Positions 49,221 to 57,772 of a DNA stretch of 64,000 nucleotides are shown here, piece after piece (within the stretch, counting starts at the first letter, position 1; every line of letters begins with the position of its first letter). The notes beneath the pieces are model-generated. The model did not search any database. It was given only the letters and a program-made list of their open reading frames with translations, and was not told where the DNA came from. Source of the DNA: Candidatus Latescibacterota bacterium (lineage in GTDB: Bacteria > Latescibacterota > UBA2968). The position numbers and the translations under genes are program-made. The stretch is from NCBI GenBank assembly GCA_965208125.1, contig OZ242320.1, positions 3,008,001 to 3,072,000 on the forward strand. Reading direction: 5' to 3'.

Positions 49221-50372
49221 TTATGGCTCAATCAGATTGTCGTTAATATAATCCCAGTTGAAATCAAATCCCAGACCTGGTAGCTGGGGGAGGATGACAT
49301 TGCCGTCATCATCCAGGGGATCGACAATGGAATTCAAATAGGGGGGTGGGGTTTCGTAGTCGAAGTCGGGACGCAAGAGGCCGCGTTCATAGTATTCACA
49401 AGTTGCTTCTGTTGTTGCGCCCAGGATTTGCATGTTTGCCCATCCGCCATAGTGCATTTCACACTGAATGCCGAAGGCCTGGGCTATGTTGACCATTTTG
49501 TAGCATCCCGTGATACCGCCATAGTTTTGGTCGATGCGCAGCATGTCAGATGCGCCCTGGAGTACCCATTCGGCGCGTGTGAATACGCCACCGGGAATGT
49601 GTTCGGGTGAGAGAATGGCGATGTCCAGCTCGCGGGTCAATCGTCGGTATGCTTCTGTTCGCGTTTCTACCATGGGATGTTCGAGCCAGTAATAGTTCAG
49701 TTTTTCCAACTCTCGACCGACCCAAAGCGATTGCTCTAAGGTATAAACGCCAAAGGGGTCTAACATCAAGACCATGTCATCGCCGACGGCTTCGCGCACG
49801 GCCTTGCATACTTCTATGTCTTCTTTGGGAAATCCGGGTACCTGTGGGGCAGGTTCCCAGGTGTGTGGATTCCAGCAGATGTACGCGTGAACTTTATAGG
49901 CTTTGTATCCCTGTTTTTTGCATTCGAGTGCATGTTCGGCATAGTCTTCGGGTTTGCCGATGTTGGGATAGGTGCTGGCATAAGCTTTGACTTTGTCGCG
50001 CGCACCGCCGAGGATCTTGTGTACGGGCAGGTCAACCATTCTGCCGAGCAGGTCCCAAAGGGCGCAATCGACTGCGCCCATCACATGCTCGGGCAAGCTG
50101 TGACCGAAAGTGACGAGTTGGTCCATCCAGTTCCAGATTGTTTCACGCGCAAGAGGATCTTCGCCGATTAACATGCGCTTGATTGGACCTTCAAGGTATC
50201 GCCGATCGCCGCCGACCATATATCCTTCGAGACCCTCATCTGTAGCGATTTTGAAGATTGAGCTTGCCGACTCTTTTTGCTCTTCTCCCCAGATGCCGTA
50301 GCCCCACTTACTCGGTCGAGACCTGCCGCCTGGCGTGCGGAATGTAATCACTTCGATGTCTGTAATTTTCAT
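49221..50372 (-). CDS. Mandelate racemase/enolase-superfamily enzyme (probable acid-sugar dehydratase)
   Basis: DCALWDLLG, YKVH, MLDP, WLEHP, CEMH. Confidence 0.9.
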   Translation of the reverse strand: MKITDIEVITFRTPGGRSRPSKWGYGIWGEEQKESASSIFKIATDEGLEGYMVGGDRRYLEGPIKRMLIGEDPLARETIWNWMDQLVTFGHSLPEHVMGAVDCALWDLLGRMVDLPVHKILGGARDKVKAYASTYPNIGKPEDYAEHALECKKQGYKAYKVHAYICWNPHTWEPAPQVPGFPKEDIEVCKAVREAVGDDMVLMLDPFGVYTLEQSLWVGRELEKLNYYWLEHPMVETRTEAYRRLTRELDIAILSPEHIPGGVFTRAEWVLQGASDMLRIDQNYGGITGCYKMVNIAQAFGIQCEMHYGGWANMQILGATTEATCEYYERGLLRPDFDYETPPPYLNSIVDPLDDDGNVILPQLPGLGFDFNWDYINDNLIEP

Positions 50373-50468
50373 GGGGTCCTCAATTCAAAAGATGAAAAGG
50401 AACACAGATTGCTCGTGATGTTTCAATTTAGTTTTTTATACTGAAAAATCAAGGATAAGCGGATATCT

Positions 50469-52490
50469 CTACCAGGTGTGGATCCAGTGACCTCCCTCGG
50501 GAAACCAGATGAGGTCAACGATGGAGGAGGCGACGATGCCAGCGACATACCCCACCGTGATACCGATAAAAAAGGGTGCGGCGCGGCGGTAGAGCGCGAC
50601 CCCTCCAATGCGGAGCAGGATGAGTTTCGCCGCCCAGGTGAGGAATAGCGAAAAGGAATAGAATCGCAGGCCACGCGTGTCTTGAAAGACCAATCCGAGC
50701 GGGTGAATTGGCCACCAGGGAAGACGGTTGCGCAGAAGAATCAGAAGACTTGCCTGGAGGCCTCCTATCAGCCAGACGATCATTTTGGCGGGATCGAAGA
50801 CAGTGCGATCGGCGCGAAGGATATCTGATCGCATTGCGTTGTAGGAACCGACGGGACCTGCGCTCGAGCTGAATGGCGCAAGATGGAGGTTCTGTCCGCC
50901 ATAGTGATAGGCGATATAGATGATGGAGATGAATGAGGCGGCCATACCGACGACAAAGGCCAGCAAAGCCAGGTGAGGGAGGCGGGAAGATGTTCTGGTC
51001 TGTCTGCCGAGGAGCTTGAAGTGGTGGGGTAGCGCGGGCCACGCCGGTACGCGAGCGTTCCCGAAGAAACCGCAGGAGTTCACCAATCCGATGCCGATGA
51101 GGTTTTTCCGATCCAGATGCGCTGTGCCGACAAAGCTTGTCAGCAGTTCCCCGCCCTTGGCTCCATAGGGATTGGTGGTGGGGGGGAAGAGGTGGGTGAA
51201 CCCGGTGGCAGCGGTGAATTTGGCCACGGTGAAGTAGGCAATATAGAGCAGGAGTGTGTGAAACACAGCAACCGGATAGGCCATGCCAACTGCGTGCATC
51301 CACCCGATGATGTAAATTGTGGCGGCAAAAAACGCGATCAGTACAGCGCGATAGCGCCTCCTATCACCCGCTATGCGGTTACCAGTGCGCGCCGACTGCC
51401 ATACCTGGTGGAGATGCTCCCGTGTCGCCCAGACCGACCATATTACGAGCAGTACCATAGCGCCGTGGCTTTCGATCTCGATGATCTGTTCGGGGCGGGC
51501 CTGCTGGCCTGCCATGCCGACAGAGAAGCCCGTTCGGGTCATCAGGCCCAGTTTCAGGGTGGCGAGAAGTCGGATAAACCAGAAACTGAACAGAATATCG
51601 AGATCGCAGAAGTAGGTGAGTCCTACGACAGAAGGCAGGATGCGAATGGGGATGAATGGGTAGCCTTTGGCAATCTCTATCTGTTTGCTTCCGATGCCGC
51701 CATAGATGCCCAGAGGCGGTAGTTCGTGAAGGAAATAGCCCGCGATATTGTATAGAATGACGCCGAACACAGCGAAGAATCCTGCCCAGAAGATCTTTTT
51801 TTTGAAGATGGCAGGCACGCGGTCGTGTCCGTTGAACCCCGAAGTCAAGTGGATAGCGAACTGCCCGAGAGGATATGTCAGGCGCTCGGCATCTTCCCAC
51901 TGCCGTTGGAAGAGCATGCAGAGGCAGACTCCCGCGGTAAACAGGGCGATGGATACGCTCCCCCACCAGAACATGGGTTTGATCCACCCGATCCAGGGTA
52001 TCGACATGCCCGGAGAAAGACCGTCGAAGAAAGGCCGAATGACGCCCGTCTCTGTGTCTGTAAACGCCCACCAGGGAATAGCGCTGAAAAGGACCTCTTG
52101 CCACTGGTTTTCGGGAGACGCGTAATAGGTCGGGGTCGAGACGATAGTGGACCAGTAGGCTGCCCAGCCTTCAAGGGCAATGCCGGAGGAGATCCAGGAC
52201 ATACAATAGATGACCAGAAGCTCTCTGCTGCTGAGGGTGGCGGAAGGGAAGAAGGCTTTCAGAACGATATTTACAAAGAGCCAGAGGAAGAAAGGAATCA
52301 GCATCGCCATGGGGTATTGTGACTTTACAAGGGCGGAAGATCCCATGACCAGGCCTGTGTGATTGGTATAGATGTGCAAGGCAATGATGGTGACCACACC
52401 CAGGAGGACAGAACGAAGCGTGATGCGATCCGGTCTGGCGACTTCGACGTTTTCTGTCGGACTGATCCTCGGTGTATCCAGTGCTGACAT
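50469..52490 (-). CDS. Polytopic membrane protein, DUF6785/DUF6784-like (paralog 2)
   Basis: YYASPENQW, QRQWEDAERLTYP, RNRLPWWPIHPLG, RIGGVALYR. Confidence 0.75.
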   Translation of the reverse strand: MSALDTPRISPTENVEVARPDRITLRSVLLGVVTIIALHIYTNHTGLVMGSSALVKSQYPMAMLIPFFLWLFVNIVLKAFFPSATLSSRELLVIYCMSWISSGIALEGWAAYWSTIVSTPTYYASPENQWQEVLFSAIPWWAFTDTETGVIRPFFDGLSPGMSIPWIGWIKPMFWWGSVSIALFTAGVCLCMLFQRQWEDAERLTYPLGQFAIHLTSGFNGHDRVPAIFKKKIFWAGFFAVFGVILYNIAGYFLHELPPLGIYGGIGSKQIEIAKGYPFIPIRILPSVVGLTYFCDLDILFSFWFIRLLATLKLGLMTRTGFSVGMAGQQARPEQIIEIESHGAMVLLVIWSVWATREHLHQVWQSARTGNRIAGDRRRYRAVLIAFFAATIYIIGWMHAVGMAYPVAVFHTLLLYIAYFTVAKFTAATGFTHLFPPTTNPYGAKGGELLTSFVGTAHLDRKNLIGIGLVNSCGFFGNARVPAWPALPHHFKLLGRQTRTSSRLPHLALLAFVVGMAASFISIIYIAYHYGGQNLHLAPFSSSAGPVGSYNAMRSDILRADRTVFDPAKMIVWLIGGLQASLLILLRNRLPWWPIHPLGLVFQDTRGLRFYSFSLFLTWAAKLILLRIGGVALYRRAAPFFIGITVGYVAGIVASSIVDLIWFPEGGHWIHTW

Positions 52491-52581
52491 CCATAATTCC
52501 CGTTGGCTGGATCAATGCGTACCCATCAGGCGGAAAGAGTTCCTGAGATCGTGCTATCAGGGAAAGATCTGCTGATGAGTC

Positions 52582-54594
52582 TCATTCTTTCGACCAGGTG
52601 AAATCTCCTTCTTCCAGGGCGGTGAGGCCGGGCACTCCCCGATGCACTTCCAATGCCGTCCGGAAGATGCGCGATTTGCCCTTTGCTCTGAGGAGGATTG
52701 TGCCTCTGCTATCTGGAATGGGGTTGCCGGGGGTCCGCGCTGATGTGATTTCGAAGGGACCATCGGAAACGGCAAGTAGGCGCAGCCAAACCCGAGCGGA
52801 AATTCGCCAATCTACACAGAGAGTTCCGTCTGTAGAAGTGGTCTGGCGATTCCTGAGCCAGGCAAACACGCCGTAGTATGACAGAGGCGGGAAATCGAGG
52901 TTATCGATAACGTTTGATGGACGAACAATCATGCCGCCTTTAGCATGAAATACCCACGCGTACCGGTGGATGGTATCGGATGTGCAGCGATCTTCGATCC
53001 ATATGCAGGGCGGTTCGAACCGGATGCGGCGTTCCAATGCCACATCCTCGTACGCGTCTTCGATTACGGCAGATGCCAGTCGAGGATCTATTTCACGGAA
53101 TTCCAGCCGGGCCTTTTCCACAGGCTGCTGATTCTGCTCATCTACCATCAGGGTGTTATGCGACAATGTGCTTCTGTAATAGGCATGGATGTCGCTGACA
53201 GCATAGCCCGCTGTGCCGAGGTCGGGCGCGATTTGTACTCCGAGGGCCCTGAGATCGATGGATAGCTTATCGGGATGGTCGTGACCGGCTCCGTGCGCCC
53301 CTCCTTTGAACAAAAGATAGAAAGGGCCTTCGGCTGTGTCTTCTCGAAAGATGCCGAAGCCCATGGCCGAAAGATGGGTGGATCCCTGCGACAGTGGAGC
53401 TATGTCGATCTCATCAGGGCCGAAGGCGAGTGCGGTCAGGCTGTTACGGGGAATACCTCGCTTGTATATGGCGTTGAGCGTTTCTGCGAACAGATCGCCG
53501 CCGAGTTGTCCAGCAGCGTATTCGTAAACGTGTCTGTAGATGGCCAGAGAACGTGAACCAGGCGATCCCAGGTCGCCCACGCATGGCAGGTCGAGATTCT
53601 GGTCACACATGTGTACGGGTGCTTCGAGTAGCTTTTCAAAACGCGTCTGGATATCCTGGGTTACCTGACCTTGCTGGCGAAGCATTTCAAACACAGTGAC
53701 CATGGGGCAGATTGAGTAGAAATGGTAGAACATGGTGCCTTCAAACCAGAATCCATCCACTTTGCCTTCCGGGTCGGTTCTCAATCCATCGGTAAGTAGC
53801 GCAGATAGGCCTCCACGGTCGCCGCCCAGACCCATCGAAAGCCAGTCTTCATGGCCGGTCGCTTCGCCGGAGAGAGCCAGGCACGCACCCACATAACAGG
53901 TCATGTTGTGCGCGCCTGTACGTTCGAAAAATTGGATCTGCGAAGGCATCCCGGCTTCAAAGATCCCTTCGCGGATGGTTTGATGGTCGGTGCTGGAATA
54001 CACCTCGCTGTCGCGCGTCCAGGAGTAAGCGTTAGCTATTAGAGCCAGCACCTGGGCATCGTAAAGCGGCTGGAAATAGAGGGCGTCACCGTGGTTCCCT
54101 TCGCGGAGGTCTTCCCGGGTGAAGAACTGGGCTGCCAGGCGCATTCCCTCGGCTATCCACCTGGCATAGCGTTCATCTCCGGTGAGGCCGTAGAGCAGTC
54201 CCAGGCTGCGCATAAGGCGATAGGTACGTTCGTGGGTGAGCAGTGTCCAGGCCCGGTGTTGGACTTCACTTTCGTGGAGTGATTGATCTGCGGGATCCAG
54301 AAATCGATATGGACTCTGGGGATCATAGATCAGATGCTCGGCAGTGGTGTGCGAGTAGAAGTCGTGGCGCCACCCTATCCGTTCTTCGGGTAGCTGCGGT
54401 GGTTCTTTGAGTACAATCTCGGCTTCTTCTCGCATCTGTGAGAGGGAATCGGCGGCCCACTGCAGTGCGTCTGTTTTTCTGCGGATCTCTTTTAGGCGTT
54501 CTGCGCCAAAGAAAATTGTCGGCCAGACATCCTCGATGACCAGACCCGAGTCATAGGGCGATAAAGTGTAGGGCCATTGAAAGGTCTGGTTCAA
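52582..54594 (-). CDS. Heparinase II/III-domain polysaccharide lyase (no signal peptide)
   Basis: HNMT, DGFWFEGTMFYHFY, GHDHPDKLS, YYRSTLSHNTL. Confidence 0.85.
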   Translation of the reverse strand: MNQTFQWPYTLSPYDSGLVIEDVWPTIFFGAERLKEIRRKTDALQWAADSLSQMREEAEIVLKEPPQLPEERIGWRHDFYSHTTAEHLIYDPQSPYRFLDPADQSLHESEVQHRAWTLLTHERTYRLMRSLGLLYGLTGDERYARWIAEGMRLAAQFFTREDLREGNHGDALYFQPLYDAQVLALIANAYSWTRDSEVYSSTDHQTIREGIFEAGMPSQIQFFERTGAHNMTCYVGACLALSGEATGHEDWLSMGLGGDRGGLSALLTDGLRTDPEGKVDGFWFEGTMFYHFYSICPMVTVFEMLRQQGQVTQDIQTRFEKLLEAPVHMCDQNLDLPCVGDLGSPGSRSLAIYRHVYEYAAGQLGGDLFAETLNAIYKRGIPRNSLTALAFGPDEIDIAPLSQGSTHLSAMGFGIFREDTAEGPFYLLFKGGAHGAGHDHPDKLSIDLRALGVQIAPDLGTAGYAVSDIHAYYRSTLSHNTLMVDEQNQQPVEKARLEFREIDPRLASAVIEDAYEDVALERRIRFEPPCIWIEDRCTSDTIHRYAWVFHAKGGMIVRPSNVIDNLDFPPLSYYGVFAWLRNRQTTSTDGTLCVDWRISARVWLRLLAVSDGPFEITSARTPGNPIPDSRGTILLRAKGKSRIFRTALEVHRGVPGLTALEEGDFTWSKE

Positions 54595-55568
54595 AATGCA
54601 ATTCCCACTGAAAACCGGCTCACATTGGCGAAAAACTCGTTCCTGGTAAAGGAATAATCGATCAGGACCTGCCTCTCGCCGATACGTTGCATCACGCCGG
54701 CTCCCGCGGTCAGGCTTTCCATATCGTGATTGAACTTGTAGCCAACCCGGAGCGCCAGCATCTCCTGAAACCAGTATTCTCCGCCCAGGTAAATCCGCTC
54801 GCTGAAATCGCGCGGGTGGATGGCGTCGAATGCCAGCGATAGAGAATGTGAGGGGGAGTCAAAGAGTTCCATTGCGGCGCCGATATGGAATGTCAGGGGA
54901 AGCTGAAAACCAATTTTCTGGTATTCGATTTCTGGCGAGAAGTTCCGAATGTAGATCCCCAGTCTCAGGCTCCTCAACCCGGTGTAGTAGATGGTCCCAA
55001 ACGTGAAGTTCACCGCATTCGCTTTGTTATCAACGGCCAAGCTGGATGTCCCCGCAGGTGAGATTATACTTGAGCCCAGATGCTCGGACACATACTTGAT
55101 CTGACTCCCGATGAAGAACTTGTTTGTCAACTGCTTGGAATAAGCAAGTCCCACAAAATAGGCTCCCACGTCGATGTTTCCCGTCTCGGTAAATCCCTTC
55201 TCGTTCCCGGCGACCTGCGTCCCGATCAATTCACCGTAATCGATAGCGCCGAAGTTCACTGCAAAAATCCCGTGAGATGCTTTGTAGGCAGTCCCCAGTG
55301 CCGTATAGTTGATATCCGCGATCCACTGGACTCGGTGTGCGACCATCTGGACCTTAGAGTCCATGCGGGCCATGCCGGCCGGATTGTAGAACATAGCATC
55401 GGCGCCGTCACCTACCATCGAATACGCCCCGCCCATTGCCTCCGCCCGCGCACTGAGACCAATCTTCAGAAATTGAAACCCCGTCTGGGCCAGTTTCTTT
55501 TTCTGTGCCTCGGCAGGTGTAACCAGACACAGCAACAGTATCAGAATTAAACCCATACATTTTTTCAT
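54591..55568 (-). CDS. PorV/PorQ-family (UPF0164) outer-membrane protein
   Basis: Signal peptide; FLKIGLSARAEAMGGA, FYNPAG, GGEYW, terminal F. Confidence 0.85.
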   Translation of the reverse strand: MKKCMGLILILLLCLVTPAEAQKKKLAQTGFQFLKIGLSARAEAMGGAYSMVGDGADAMFYNPAGMARMDSKVQMVAHRVQWIADINYTALGTAYKASHGIFAVNFGAIDYGELIGTQVAGNEKGFTETGNIDVGAYFVGLAYSKQLTNKFFIGSQIKYVSEHLGSSIISPAGTSSLAVDNKANAVNFTFGTIYYTGLRSLRLGIYIRNFSPEIEYQKIGFQLPLTFHIGAAMELFDSPSHSLSLAFDAIHPRDFSERIYLGGEYWFQEMLALRVGYKFNHDMESLTAGAGVMQRIGERQVLIDYSFTRNEFFANVSRFSVGIAF

Positions 55569-55596
55569 TGTTTTTCTCCTTCTCCGAGACCGTCGA

Positions 55597-57731
55597 TTAC
55601 CTGACGATGACGAATTTGACAAAGCTGGATTCTCCGCTTGGCGTCTCTATATGCGCAATATAGACGCCGCTGACAACGATCTGCCTGGTTTCGGTCGTCA
55701 AATCGCTCCAGGGCTCATCTCCCGAACCATCTGTGTGCTCCAGGACTTTGACCAGGTCTCCGCTTAGAGTGAAGATACGGATTGTACATTCTGGCGGCAG
55801 CCCTGCGAACAGGATCTTGTCATTTTCTCCTGGAAACTGCAGTCCTGCCTTCTGCTGCCGTAATATTGTAGGGATTGGGCACGACTCTGATATCGGCCAA
55901 TGTATTTCCTGGCGCTCGCGTCAGAGAGACCGGTTCCGTCGTTCGGTTATACAGGATGCCGCTTTCGACGCTCTCGCCGGGTTGAAGTCCATTCTCGATG
56001 CCCGGCTGATTCTGCGACCCATCGTCAAACGCTGTGACAGCGTAATAATAAGAAACGCCCCGCTGGGCGGTGATGTCGTCAAACGAGTGGACGCTGTTTC
56101 CCAGAGACTCGTGAATCACCGTGAACGTCGTGTCGGGACTCCCAACCGCTCGATACACCCTGTATCCGGCAAAGTCGGACGCGGATTCGGATTCGGACCC
56201 CCACAAAATCTGGACTTTATCGGGGCGCCCCCATACCTCAATGGATGGCGGCGGCGGAGCCTTGGGGACGTTGTAATTGTGTCTTACGGCCCACTCCGCG
56301 TTGTAGATGTTCTGGAACAGCGAGTCCTTACCCGTGGCGACCCAGTTGTCTTTGGCGCGATCAACGGCCGTCGGAATGAGATCCGGAACGTCTGGCCCAC
56401 GGGCGGGATCTTGTCTTCGCCTTCCCAGGTCAGCGTTCCATCTTTCCATCTTTGTCCGATATCCCACCTCATCTCGCGGGATATAGAGCCGCCGACAACG
56501 GCGAATACCACCCGGAAATCATCTCCGGCCTTCATCTCGTCGAACGGTCCCAGAGACATATAGATGGCCCCACGTCCCTTCGTTGCATCTTGTACCCATT
56601 TGATCTTTCGCTCATCCATTCGCGACTGGTAGCGCACACGGCCCTCGCGGGGACGTTAAGGCCGAAGTAGTAAGCCTTCTGACCCTCCACCAGTTCGGGA
56701 AAACCGTAGTGGAAGGAGCTGTATTCCAGTTCGGTCACTGTTGGATCGTTCTGGTCATGCTGTTTGGCTGTGGTGTATTTCTGCAGTCCGGATGCAAATA
56801 CGTGTGGCTGCTCTCGGTCGTCGGTCGGGTCGTCAACAGATTTGTCAACGTGTAGAATGGCGATGCCAACGTAGGATGGTTCTTTGATAAACCCCGTCGT
56901 AGGATCGGGATTTCCGAAAGTGTCGTATTGCTGACCCCTGTTCCAGGCGGGATAATTGTAGGCGACCCGCAGCGAATCGCCTTCCCGTTCGCCATACGTT
57001 GTGCTCCAGCCGAAATTTCCCATATCCTGATTGACCCATGCAGCGAGGGCAAAATATACGCCATTCAGGGTCTGGGCGGGCAGATCCACCTGTATCCCGG
57101 ACGGCGTCAGGTACTGACCTGTGGTATTCTTAAAAGTCCAGTCATAAAGCACATAGTCGTCGTGGTTGACCTGCGAAAAAACGAACACCTTCTGATGGAT
57201 CGTGATCCCGACCGAGGTTCGAATCCAGGATTCGATTAACTGATCAGCACCTTTTCCCCCACTCGAATCGATATAGTCTGGATTGACTTCATCCCCTTCT
57301 AATGGAAAGAAGGGCTGGATGGGAGCACCCTGAACGGATATAGATGGAGGCTGGAACCTCACATACCTTCTAATCGTAAACCCATCTACCTCGACGGGCA
57401 TATTGTCAAAGGCCTCTTCACCGTTATAGACGCTCGTACCGCTGGTCTTGAAGCCCCAGGTAGTACCCTTCTCATCGGTCCAGTCCCTAACCGCAACCCT
57501 CCACGCGATATTCTCCATGAATCGGTTTCCATTGTAGTAGAATTGCCGGTATGATCTGAGGGGCCTAGACATATCGCCGGAATCGAAAATGGCGCTCCAC
57601 ATTCGCCCGATTCTCACCCACTTGAACACATCCGCCCGGGCAGTGTTGTCGAGGATCAGGAAGGCAATCAATCCAAAAACGATCGCCACCAGTGCCTTCG
57701 GGATCCTTATCCTTTTCACTGAATATTTCAT
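55597..57731 (-). pseudogene. Exported protein of about 711 aa with a T9SS-type C-terminal domain, split by three frameshifts
   Basis: Four consecutive frames join into one protein: signal peptide ... FN3-like (DFAGYRVYR, YYYAVTAFD) ... VVPNPY ... LPPECTIRIFTLSGDLVKVLEH ... SGVYIAHI ... KFVIVR*. Confidence 0.8.
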
Positions 57732-57772
57732 GGCTTTTCCTTCCTCTTAACTGTCAGAAACAGAACAGTTTT

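Noticed and set aside
47990-50470. attR-like duplicate of the tRNA-Val 3' end marking the far island boundary
   Set aside because: No tggtgggcga-like copy was found by eye at the candidate junctions, so the island boundary is not established.
55569-55622. Arg-rich N-terminal extension of the PorV-like ORF
   Set aside because: It overlaps the end of the upstream gene. The signal peptide starts at MKKCMG (55568).
55733-56563. 276-aa + strand ORF
   Set aside because: It is antisense to the frameshifted cargo gene and has no recognisable motifs.
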